In this document: in pieces, positions 1-12,431 of the stretch
Numbering within the stretch: the first letter of the stretch is position 1
Layout of the letters: each line of letters opens with the position of its first letter
Assembly: GCA_963693365.1 (NCBI GenBank)
Contig: CAVNZM010000011.1
Span: forward strand, 7,739,937-7,803,936
Length of the DNA: 64,000 bases
Reading direction: 5' to 3'
Source: Amoebidium appalachense
Lineage: Eukaryota; Protista; Ichthyosporea
Program-made: the position numbers and the translations under genes
Notes under the pieces: model-generated
The model's input: the letters and a program-made list of their open reading frames with translations, nothing else
Told to the model about the DNA's origin: nothing
The model's database searches: none

Positions 1-484
1 ATTCTCGGCGGATCGGTGAGGTTGGCGATATGGTGGACATATTTCGGACACCGTTGCCATACGTTCCGACGGAGCTTAAGTTATAACGTTAACGTTGTTT
101 ACTCGAGGCCTATCCCCGGTTTACGTAGAAAGGTCATGTGTGGGGGAAGATGTGAACACCCAGACGTGTATGTACAACCGGGCAGGTCTGTGTACTCGTT
201 GTTATGTTAATTGTTGGTTGATGGAGTACATCTTCAACGCGACGTATACACGCGTGCGTGCGATTCAGGAAGGGGTCCCATATGGCTCTCGTATTATTTA
301 TATTCGTGTGATATATATATTCTATGTACTATCTATTACCAATATACGTTACGTATTGGTACAATATCACCAATACTAATTAAATATCGTCACGTGTGAT
401 GGTGATGGCATCCATGTAGCTCTGCAGCAGTGTGTGTGTGTGGTGCGTGTGTGTGTGGTGTGGAGAGGCGGCCTGGGGTGGGGG

Positions 485-527
<43 letters not shown>

Positions 528-1006
528 CTGGGGGGGGGGGGGGGGGGGGGGGGGATAGGCAAATACCAGACAGTGATGCATAATTGCACATTCTTTTGCA
601 GCTACAGTTTGATGATATTTACCCACCGTGTGCACCGTGACCACACATGTGACCCCAGTCTTCCGAGGTGGTGTCACAGGTGGGCGCCAACACCAATAAA
701 TTGACTGGTGACGGGTGTACAACCAAATAAACTCAGCAGCACATATAATAATGTTGATGCTATACCCTGCCTAGTTAACCTAATAATTAGTGCACCATCG
801 CACGCGTGACCCCCCCCCCCCCCTCCCCCCCCTCCCCCCCCCCCCCCCCGGGGGGGTGGGGGGGGTGGGGGTGTTTTTGCCGCGCGGTACCCCTGATATT
901 GTAGGTTTACACTGCCCCCACAACCCCGACTGTGTGCTGAATATCTCGTGCTAGGAAACCAATAACGCGAAAGTAACACATGCCGCATGATATATGATAT
1001 ATATGG

Positions 1007-1900
1007 TACAAGGGGGGTTTCAATCCGGGCTACAATGATGTGTTTTTTTCGTGTGACCCTCGTACTCCAGAGGCATATTCACCATCCCCCCCATAAACTT
1101 TGTGGTAAATTTCTCGTGTTAGAAGCTGTTCTGTGGGTAGTTATTGAAAAAACCAATAATGTCTAGGTAACACATGTACATATACTATGCTACAAGGGGG
1201 GTTCTATACGAGCTACAACGTTGTGGTTTTTTCGTGTGACCCTCGTACTCCAGGGGCACATTCACCATCCCCCCCATAAACTTTGTGGTAAATTTCTCGT
1301 GCTAGAAGCTGTTCTGTGGGTAGTTATTGAAAAAACCAATAATGTGTAAGTAACACATGTACATATATTATGCTACAAGGGGGGTTCTATACGAGCTACA
1401 ACGTTGTGGTTTTTTCGTGTGACCCTCGTACTCCAGGGGCACATTCACCATCCCCCCCATAAACTTTGTGGTAAATTTCTCGTGCTAGAAGCTGTTCTGT
1501 GGGTAGTTATTGAAAAAACCAATAATGTGTAAGTAACACATGTACATATATTATGCTACAAGGGGGGTTCTATTCGAGCTACAACGTTGTGTTTTTTTCG
1601 TGTGACCCTCGTACTCCAGGGGCACATTCCCCATCTCCCCAATAAACTTTGTGGTAAATTTCTCGTGCTAGAAGCTGTTCTGTGGGTAGTTATTGAAAAA
1701 ACCAATAATGTGTAAGTAACACATGTACACATACTATGCTACAAGGGGGGTTCTATACGAGCTACAACGTTGTGTTTTTTTCGTGTGACCCTCGTACTCC
1801 AAGGGCACATTCACCATATCCCCTTATAATTTGTGGTGAATTTATCGTGCTAGAAGCTACTCTGTGGGTAGTTAGTGAAAAAACCCGATGCTTATAAGTA
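1007..1900. repeat. Tandem satellite, ~183-bp unit, ~5 copies
   Basis: Unit anchor TACAAGGGGG recurs at 1007, 1191, 1374, 1557 and 1740, and the copies are nearly identical in between. Confidence 0.95.
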
Positions 1901-2131
1901 ACGCATGCACAAATTGTCATCATAGCATTATACTACCATAGTAGTTGGTCGACAATAACGATATATTGGGAACGTGGACACCATACTGTAAACCAAAAAA
2001 TAATAACACCATAATATACTACACATACCTAACAATGTATTGTGAATGAATAAAATACTTGCTTACGTGCTGGTAACATGCGAGAAACAAGGATTCTCTC
2101 GCTCTTTTTTTCTTTCTTTTTTGTTTGTGTT

Positions 2132-2174
<43 letters not shown>

Positions 2175-2534
2175 AAGGGGGGGGGGGGGGGGGGGGGGGG
2201 GTCGTTTTGCAGATATATCGACTAGAGTCCCTCATCAGGGGACACATTCACAGTACTTTATTAAGATCGGCCTTCAAGGCCAAAAAAGCTCAATTTCGAG
2301 TAGATTAGATAGCATATTATGAGGCCGGCCAGGCCTTAAATACAAAAAGGAGAAAAAACAACACACAGCTAAACACAGATCTAATATTAGCTAAATCAAT
2401 CGACACACTGGTACATTGCCTGGAGTAAACAGCATCAATCCCACTGGTACATGTACTGTCATCATCCAACCAACACCCGTGTAGTACCTTTGTCAAGCGT
2501 TCCTACGATACTACATAAGAGAAGAGAGGGTTAT

Positions 2535-3221
2535 ATGTGTACGTGTGTACGTGTGTACGTGTGTACGTGTGTGTGTGTGTGTGTATGTGTGAGGGAGGGA
2601 GGGAGGGAGGGTTGGGAGGGAGGGAGGGGAGGGAGGGTTGGGAGGGAGGGAGGGAGGGAGGGGGGGGGAGGGAGGGAGGGAGGGAGGGAGAGAAAGAGAG
2701 AGAGAGTGTGTGCATGTCTGTATGTGTGTGTGTGTGTGCGTGTTTGCGTGTGTGTGTGTGTGTGTGTGCATATGTGAGTGTGCATGTGCATGTGTGTGTG
2801 TCTGTGTGTGCATATGTGCATGTGTGTGTGTGTGTGTGTGTATGCGTGTCTGTGTCTGATGTGTGGATGTCTGTGTATGTTGTGTGTGTGTGTATGTCTG
2901 TGTGTGTGTATGTGCTCAGTTGAAAGGGAAGGGGGGGAGAGGGGGGATGCACCGTGTGTGTGCATGTGGTGCACGTGTGTGTGTGTGTGCTCTGTGGAGA
3001 GGGAAGGGGAGGGGGGAAATGCACCGCGTGTGTGCATGTGTGTGTGTGTGTGTGTGTGTGTCTCTGTGTGTATGTGTGTTGTGTGTTTGTCTGTGTGTGC
3101 ATGTCTGTTTGCGTCGTGTGTGGTGTGTGTGTGTATGTGCATGTCTGTGCATGTGTGCATGTGCTCGGTGGAGAGGGAAGGGCAAGGGGGGGATTCGTGT
3201 CCGTGCATGTGTGCATGTGTG

Positions 3222-3270
<49 letters not shown>

Positions 3271-3493
3271 ATGTATGTGTGTGCATGTGCTCAGTTGAGA
3301 GGGAAGGGGGGGGGGGGATGCACCGTGTGTGTGCATGTGTGCACGTGTGTGTGTGTGTGTGCTCTGTGGAGAGGGAAGGGGAGGGGAGGAAATGCACCGT
3401 GTGTGTGCATATGTGTGTGTGTCTCTCTGTATGTGTGTGTGTGTGTTGTGTGTTTGTGTGTGTGAGCATGTCTGTGTGCGTCGTGTGTGTGTG

Positions 3494-3548
<55 letters not shown>

Positions 3549-3674
3549 GGTGTGTGTGTGTGTCCCGGTGTGCATGTGCGTGCGTGTGTGTGAGTGCATG
3601 TTTTTGCATTGTGTGCGAGCATGTGGATGCCTTGGTGAGAACAAGATTGGACGGTGCCGAATGCTGTGTGTGCT

Positions 3675-3710
<36 letters not shown>

Positions 3711-3720
3711 CTGTGTGCGT
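2535..3720. repeat. Compound (GT)n/(GGGA)n microsatellite field with an internal ~380-bp duplication
   Basis: The block TGTGCTCAGTTGA(A/G)AGGGAAGGGGG...GATGCACCGTGTG...GCTCTGTGGAGAGGGAAGGGGAGGGG occurs at ~2911 and ~3286. Confidence 0.9.
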
Positions 3721-4431
3721 CTGTGCTTTTTTGGGGGGAGAGGGGTAGTAGGAGGACAAGAGGGGGCGGGGGGGGGGGGGGGGGGGGGGGGGGGGGTGGT
3801 AAAGAGTACGAGAGAAAGGGGTAAAATTTCAGACATGTGGAGGCTTGAGCAAAAGCAGGTTAAGTCCATAATGGGTAAAACCGGCGCTGGAACGAGAGGG
3901 AAGGGGGGGGGGGGGGGGGGGGGGGGGGGTGATGATGTGTGCATTCGAGGGTGGCAGCCAAAGAAGCAAAGCATCGCAAAGGACATTGGAATAGAGGGAC
4001 ACAGGACCAAAACAGGATCAATGGGAGAAGAGGGAAAAAAATTAATAGTTAACGGGGAGGGATAAGAAGAAATACTGCAAATAATCGAGGCGAACAGGTA
4101 TGGGGGGAACCGGGCAGGAAGAAGGGGGGGGGGGGGGGGGGGGGGAGTGAAGGACGAGAGGGTGGGTCACAAGGACAGAGATTATTCAGAAGAGACTAAG
4201 GCTTCAGCCGGGAAGGGAGGGGGGGGGGGGAGGGGGGGGAGAGGGAGGGGGAGAGGAGGGGTTGGGGGGGTCATAAAAGGACAAGGAAAGGAGGTGATTT
4301 TAGTAACCAGTCGAGGCTTGAACAAGAGTAGGTGAAGTTTGTAACGGTTACCAAAACTGGTGCTAGAACGAAAGAGGAAACACACAGTGAAACGTAAAAG
4401 AGGGTAGAGAGTTGAGAGGAAGAAGGGGAAG

Positions 4432-4538
<107 letters not shown>

Positions 4539-4731
4539 TGGTTACACTGGCAGCGTCCGTGGTGATGGGTTTGAGGGGGAAGGGGGTGAGGGGAGTGAGG
4601 GATGTTTCGAAGAAAGAAAAGTATTGCAAGTAACAAGGGGGTATAAAGACATAGGACTAAAAAAAAATGGAGGGGGAGGAGGGGGGGGATGCTGTAAACT
4701 TTGATGCGTCTCGGGGACACAAAATTTGGCA

Positions 4732-4804
4732 TGGCGGGTTGAGGACTCGAACCTCAATCCTCGCGGCTGCGAGCTGGGAGCTCTAACCGCTAGGCCATAA
4801 GGTA
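4732..4804 (-). pseudogene. tRNA-derived sequence (tRNA pseudogene or SINE head)
   Basis: Minus strand has A box TGGCCTAGCGG and a perfect T arm TGAGG-TTCGAGT-CCTCA (B box) at tRNA spacing, but the acceptor and anticodon stems do not pair. Confidence 0.65.
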
Positions 4805-6620
4805 CGCGCGCTGATGGCTGATCCATCATGCGACTTTTGTTCCATTCGAGCGATCCAAGTACATAGCGAATACAGAGCGGATCTGTATGTAAGGGAGCAC
4901 GCGAACAGCGCGGAGATGGAGAAGGGGCAAGAAAAGAGAAAAGAGGGTCACGGGAAAAGATAGAGAAGGGGGAAGGGGGGGGAGGGGGGGGGGGGGGGGG
5001 GAGGGGAAGATGGGGGTAGAAGAGAGAGAGGCACACTTAAAATGATGTGCGAAAAAAAAAAGCACTCACCGTTACAACAAGTGGCTGTAGCCCTGCACAC
5101 ACCTATACACCGTCCGGCCAAACGGCTTTCTAGACAGAGCTTTACTGACTGCCAACGAAATTCCATTCGTGCGACTTAGTGCAATATCTCTACCAAGCGT
5201 GAAAAATGAGTACAGAGGAAGAGAGTAAAAGGGTGTGACAAAAATACCCGCGAGGCAAAACATGGAAACATGGAAACGTTATTCCGCTGGGTTCACAAGT
5301 GACAAAAGGCCTACACCTGTAAACGTGTTTCGGGCCGCCTCACCTTTTGGCCCTAAACTGTGAAGAAATAAGGGCTACGTAACATTATGATACGCCAGTC
5401 TACCCATACGAATACCACTGGTAAAAAAGATATCTAAATGATACAAAGGTGATTGTCCAAAATGGCGACATATGTATCCAAATACCTATGTGATTTGCGA
5501 CCAATGGGATCATGTATTTGCTATGGATTTTGCGCAAAAACTGTACTACACGGCCGCGCCTCGGAGCGTACTGTACCATACGTACAACTACGGTAGTGTA
5601 CTACTAGTACTACTGGTAGTGTAGCAGAGAACAGGAGGAATACTAACACGTACTGACGTGTTGCCGCACGTGCGACGTTATACATCTACTTGTGGCGGCT
5701 TTGCGGCTTTGCAAAAAAAAAAAAAAAAAAAAAAAGGAAGGGAAAAAGGAGACACCGCCTCAGTAGGTGGTAGGGAGGAATAGTAGTGGCTAGTATTCTC
5801 TTCCTACTTCCACCTATTCACAGGTGTACGTACAGTGACGCGCACGAAACAGACACCGCTTTGCGGGGATAAACTGCACATACAGAACCCTAACACCCAT
5901 CTTGTAGGCAGGACACTTATCCCAACACCAGTGTTTGTCATCAGCGATGAAGAAGAAACGGCGGCCCCTATCAGGGGCACTACGTTCGATGCCAACAAGA
6001 GTGTTTTGAGGGAAATGATGAAGCAAGCAGTTGCAACCTTAATGAGTAGCAGTGATTCAGAAAGGCATGGCTAACAGGTTGTTCAGCATGCATCCTTTTT
6101 TTATTTATTTCATTTTTGTACCTGGCACCTAAACACTTAGGAGATGCATGTAACGTATCCAACGTCATAGTTCAGATTCCATACTTGCCAAAGAAATGGT
6201 GATGCCAAAGTAGATGCATGTAAATGATGTTGTGTGAACAGTTCAAAAAACTTATGTGCATCTGCGTGTTCAAACGCGAGTGTAATAAAAGCGCATCGGG
6301 AAACCCAGTGCAGGTAGTCACTTCTTGTGTCAGCCCTCTGCAAGGCCATCTCCAGGCAGGCATACACCTCGATAATCCTCCCTATCATCGTGGCCTTCTT
6401 TCCGTGCATACCCACCTAGCCCTCCGCACCCCCTCCCCCCTTCCCCCCCCCCCCCCCCCCCCCCCCTAACACCCCCCTGCACAGATACACACACGCGCGC
6501 ACACCCGAACACACACACACGCGCGCGCACGCGCACACACACACGCACACACGCGCACCCACACACAAACACACACACGCACACGCACACGCACTTGGAG
6601 CGTGACACACGCACACTCGC

Positions 6621-6668
<48 letters not shown>

Positions 6669-6807
6669 ACATTTCAAACACACACCGTGACACACACACT
6701 CACCAAAGGCGGAAAAAAGGGGTCACCCGAGGACTGTCACAGTGCGTGACAGTTGATGTATCATTGTTGTCTTAATATATATCAGGGTTATCGTTATTGT
6801 AAAACCA

Positions 6808-7140
6808 TGGCGAGTATACCACAGTGGACAGCATTTTGGTATATATGTGACACAAATGGGGTACCTTGTTGTTACCCTTGTTGTTACCCTTGCCACTGAG
6901 TGGTACCAATGATGGCAGGGTGGCGAGTATACCACAGTGGACAGCATTTTGGTATATATGTGACACAAATGGGGTACCTTGTTGTTACCCTTGTTGTTAC
7001 CCTCGCCACTGAGTGGTACCACCATGGCAGGGATAACACAAAGGACAATAGATTGGTAGCAGAGTGGTATACATGTAAATATCCGTGAGAATACATGTAG
7101 GGTACCAGGTTGTTACCCTCGCCGTAGAGTGGTACCACAC
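6808..7140. repeat. Direct repeat, ~113-bp unit: two near-identical copies plus a degenerate partial third
   Basis: TGGCGAGTATACCACAGTGGACAGC...GTTACCCT(T/C)GCCACTGAGTGGTACCA at ~6808 and ~6921; partial copy at ~7101. Confidence 0.9.
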
Positions 7141-9093
7141 GGGCATTGATAACAAAAAGGATAAAAAAGTGGTATACAATAAAGAACCCCAAATGGTATC
7201 TCTATTGTTATCACTGCCACTACGGTATCAGCATGTACACAAGTGCGTACGCCAAATATTTAGCCTTTGACATACACGATGTTACCCAAATGTTATCTAA
7301 TGTTACCACAGCTATCCCCGTGTAGCATACTGTGTAACATTTGTATTATCCTGGCGCCTCACCCTAGACCTAACCCTCTGACATATAGTAATCTCGGTAT
7401 GTCCTGATTGGCATAAAATTGGTGTAAAAGTTCAACTTTTTCACAAAAAAAATGTGACTGCAGCGTGTGTGTGGTGTGGCCTGGTGTATTCCTACTGCTG
7501 TGAGAGTGTGGGGGCATCTCCCTTTCGCGGAGTTTCTCGCTTGAGAAGTGGTTTCTTCAACGCCTGGTGGTCCACTGCAACCTATGGTAACTTCTACACG
7601 CTGTCTATGCTTCCACGCGACCGGTCTATTGGCGGTGGGCTGCTGCAACTTCTCTGATCAGCTACTTCTGCCCTGCGTGAGTGGAGGGGCGGCTACTTGG
7701 TCGTCGGGGAGCTTTCCAAGTGACTGCCAGTCCTTAGCCTCCAGTCGTATGGCAATGACCAGGTTTGCTTGCATGCATTCTGTAATTGTGTTTTTCTGTG
7801 TGTCCTGCCACAACTAGGCCACCTTATCAGAGAGCTAGCTAGATGCAGTTTCTCCGGGTTATCTCGGGGTCGGGCCCGTTGGGATGGTTTTTTAGCTCAG
7901 ATTTGGTCTGCATTGCTCTTTTGGAGGCTGACTGGCTTGCTGTGCCTCGATAGGTTTTGAGGGGGGCCTGTTGGGAAGGAGCAGTGTAATGATGTCTTCT
8001 TGCAGAGTGTGGTCTGGTCAACATCGATGCATATGACTAGTTGGAGCAAACTAGTTTCACGCATACACGTACACTTACGGTTTTGCCCGCTGGTGTCCTT
8101 TGTCACTTGTCGCTTTATTTTTATTTCGTAGCTTTGGCTTTTTCAGTTCTATTGGTGGTTATGTAGCCTGTGGCTGCACGTTGCCTTCATCAACGGATCA
8201 ATAAATCCGAGTCAAAAGAAAACTTTTTCACACAAACTGCTGTCCCCCGTTTTTACCCCCCTGACTCAATCCGGGGGATACCACAAGGGTTACAAACGGA
8301 TGCCCAAAAATACGCAGAATATTGCAATTGCTATCTTATAAGATACAAGTATGCTATAGGGTTGGTATATTGGGATTGGTACCCCCGTATGCCTTAATGT
8401 CACCATATTGTTACCCTCGCCTATATGTTACAATTGGTACAGATATAGTATACACATAATTATTGATCCGACCTGAATCGATAAATGCTCCAACCAGAGT
8501 ACTGTATGACGTCATCATATAAAAACGCCTGGCGCAGGGTCAGTTTTGCACGTGTTACTCTCTTTTTCTCACCATTTTACCCTAACGTGACAGGGAACAA
8601 GCACATCACAAAAAAACCGTAGAAAAATTCTTGGCGGGGTAGTGGCTTAGTAAGTAATGGTAGGCATTCAACGATTTTGAGCTTCAATTTACGGAGAACT
8701 TTGTAGTGTTTGCGCACCCCATGACTACAATAATTTCTCGGAATGCTTGTTGGTATGGCTTATTTTGCACTTTACGGGTTCTGGCACCGGGAGGCCATAG
8801 GCCTGAGCCAAGAAAAACGTCAAACTTGTTACAAATGCGTGCCAAAGATGCATACTTTAAACGTTCACGTTGTTGCTTTTGCACCACAGGTGCATTTTTC
8901 GTTTGAGAAACATTGACATCAGCTTTCAAATTCGTTTTTTTCGGTACACACACTTCAAATAACCCTTTTAGCATCTAGTTACCACAAACAGTTTCGAAGA
9001 AACGAATAAAAACCAAACAAATCACCCCTAATCCGAAAACGACAAATGAGTGTTGCGCAATGTACAGAAACTGACCAGTGGGCAGAAGGTACT

Positions 9094-11127
9094 TTAACGT
9101 GTAGTGTTTCTGCGTGATCGTACCGGGCCTGTGTTTGTGTTGACTTGGGTGCGTGTGCGTGGAGGAACACCATGTGTGATGTGGTTTTCGAAGCATGCAC
9201 GTGTTTGATCATTGCAGAGAAACACATTACACTTGATGCAGTAGGTATGTGTCTGGTGGCGTTCCCCTTTGTTCCTAAAGCAGAGAACGCATCTACCTTT
9301 TCTTTCTTTTCTGGCACGCTGGTGTCCGTGTAGAGCATGGGGGGCAGGAGCAGCAGGGGGAAGGGGGTATTCTAGTGCAGGCAGGTGGGGGTTGCATATG
9401 AGTGCTTCTGCTAGCTCACGCCTTGTGTCCATGCTCGTGTTTGTGGATTTGCCAAAGTATCTGTATGCAAAGTGTACGTTTGCTACTACAAACCCCAGAA
9501 GCCCCCCAAAGGTGCGGAGTTGGTGACGTTTAGTGCCCAAGGCTTCGTCCACAGAGCCGTTTAACATTCGTGTTTTGTTGAATATATCGGCCATGTTGTA
9601 GTTTTCGAAGTATTCTTCGACTGCTTTCGGTTGGGGGACGTCATTTCCGTTTCGTGATTTTCTCGGTTGACCCGGCTGAGTACTTGAACATGAGGTGATC
9701 ACTTTCATACTGTAGTTCTTGTTTCTCCATAACACCGCAACGAGGTCTACTCCGTCCACACTGCACACTGCCTCCGACCATACACCACGTCCTTCCTCAC
9801 ATAGAAGGTCCAACATGTTGAGGGGAAAGTCTCTGGTTGCGGTTTTGACATTGAAAAGTGCGTAGAATCCGATTTTGTACACTTCCCTTGTCCCGGTTAC
9901 TGACCCAAACCAGCTGTCTCCGACGATCGTTCTGGGGTTACGGTGGGTGGGGTTGGCCCTTGGGGTTAGAAGACGCAAGGTGGTGCCTGTTCCAGCTCCC
10001 AACTGTCGGTACGGTTTGCTTGCCATCCTAAGCTTCCCCTCGTTCATTTCGAAGTTAATGAGTATGTTGGTTACACAGTCGTGTAGAGTTTTTATTTCTT
10101 GACCGAGAGGGTGGGGTTTTCGTTTTATATAGATTTGGCACGGAAGGTTGCAATGATAGCTGGCAAAGATGGCCTCGTCTTCGCATAATTCATCCCCGGG
10201 CTCGATAGAGCAACGGCACCGACTCTGCAGTGCTTCCATGAAACCGCGTGTGTCTTTCAGTGGATCATCCTCCGGATATTGAGTGATGTCGGTGACGGTA
10301 AAGCAGGCACGGATGTTTTCGAACCGGTGTTCGGTCATGAAGCGGGCAAAGTCGTGTACGGGAAATATGTGGCTTGGGTTCTCTGCTGCCGACGTCCAGT
10401 AGTTCGATCTCGAGCCGGGTTCGAATGTTCCAGCCATGTAAATCCACATACCCAACCACCTAAGTAGCTCACCCGGGGTTAAGTCAACCCAATTTTTGTA
10501 ACGTGCACGACCTACTTCGTTTGTGAGTGGAATGACTGCTGTGAAGAGATACTCCATAGGCATGAAGTGTTCAAACAAACACAGAACACTCTTGCGCTTG
10601 TTTAGTGCTAGTGGAATGGTTGGTTTTCTGCGTGGGCCTGTTCTTTTGTCAAGTACTTGCTCATCTGGAATGGTCCATTGCAAGGTGCACGTGGGGTCGG
10701 TGGGGGTAGGTAACTCTACTTGTTCATCTACAAGTTCTATCTCATCTTCATTCTCACTGTCTGTGACAGGAATCTCTACTTGTTGGATGTCTCCATCTGG
10801 ATCTTCGTCACTATCACTCTCTAGCTCGCTACTTGTGTGTTCACTGTCTTCTTCATCTATTAAAGTTAGCTGATGGCGCAGAACTACTTCTGTGGTACCG
10901 TCAAAATCAAACTTTACTTTCCATTCACTGCCTTCGTTTGTCTTGCATCGTTTCACTACTGTGCCAACCAGTATTTGTGTGTCCCAACTCAGGCCGAACT
11001 TCTTGTAAGACCAACGTGTGGTGTCATCTGTGAAATCTTCCCCCTGAACCCCGTCAAATATGTATGCAAAACAACAGACACGAGCTCCAGAATAAAGTGA
11101 CTCTATTGGGTCTAATGTTTTGGCCAT
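9094..11127 (-). mobile_element. piggyBac-family DDD transposase, intact intronless 677-aa ORF
   Basis: Catalytic motifs ELCEDEAI, IVGDSWFGS and NMADIFN; YIKRKPHPLG motif; C-terminal Cys-rich domain RCVLC...TYCIKCNVFLC...CFENH. Convincing TIRs were not located. Confidence 0.92.
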
Positions 11128-11953
11128 GTTGGGCGCTCATCTTTCACATGAAACCCATGGCTTGTTGTGTTCGCGGACTCAGCAAGTTTCGTCCGTTTGA
11201 TCATGAATCATGTTGTTGTCGAGCATGAATTCAAAAACTTGCAACAGCGTCGGCAACCAATAAAAGCTAGGGAAGGCCTTGTTAGTTACCGTACCAAAGA
11301 CAAAAAAGGTGTAAACTTATGTTTTCTTACTGGCTGTACAAAAAAAAGCGGGCTCCTGGGCCCCAATAGCTCGCGGTATCCTTCCGAAACAAGCATTCCT
11401 AAAGTACTGCGGTCAGAGTACTTATGGCCGCTAAGTTCTCCGATCAGAGTACATTTCGGATGCATCATATAGAGAGGTGGCATCCGGTGGCAAATATGGG
11501 CAGACCAGGAGGTATTCAGCCCCCCCCCCCCTCCCCCCCCCCCCCCCCCCCCCCCCCCTGTCCCCGCAGGAATCCTGCCTTCTTAACAAGGGGTGCGTCT
11601 AATTTTATTTTCTTGGGGGGGGGGGGGTAGGGGAGGGGGAGGGGGGTCGAGGGTGGGGGATGGGGGAGGGGCGGGGGCACTCTGTGCAGTTGTTTGCAGT
11701 CCAACAGGGCTGGTAAATGCAGTTCTATTTTTAGATCTTGTGACTTCCCTTTGCTTTGTATGTAACCCTTTTGGTTGGCCTATGGTAAGCAAACAGGAAG
11801 AACTCTATAAAGCAATGCAAGTGACTGGTAGACATTGTCGAGTGGGGCAAGATGCCAGATTTGCTTAGCAAACTGAGGCACCCTGCAATCATCCAGTCGT
11901 CATACTATTTTTAAGTCCATTTTTAACCAAGGCGTGTGATTGGTGGGCTGCAG

Positions 11954-12214
11954 AAGGACGTGGTGCAGCAAGCCGTCAAGCAGCGGAAGCTTCTAGCAAT
12001 GTACCGCAACAAAATGATCATGCGGGCACTCGCCCACGAAGACTACACCCTGTGGATGGCCCGTGCGTCTACCCCTGTGCCCCAAAGAAAAAAAAAGCTG
12101 ATGCACGCCTTGCGTATAGGCGCATTTACTCATGCATGCACACACGCAAACACAGGCATACACAAACACACACACATGTACACGCAGATACATGCGCGCG
12201 CGCGCACACACACA

Positions 12215-12257
<43 letters not shown>

Positions 12258-12377
12258 CTGCGCGCACACACACACCTCCGCGCGCACACACACCTCCGCG
12301 CTCGCACGCACACGCACACACACACATACACACACACACATACACCGCTCGCACGCACACGCACGCAAGCACGCACG

Positions 12378-12431
<54 letters not shown>

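Noticed and set aside
6137-6415. ORF starting with a SAP-domain-like half (GMHGKKATMIGRI)
   Set aside because: No upstream exon supplying the first SAP helix was found, and the rest is unrecognisable.
7370-8106. Possible degenerate minus-strand gene with Cys/His motifs (RCSHIF)
   Set aside because: Multiple stops and frame changes, with no coherent domain.
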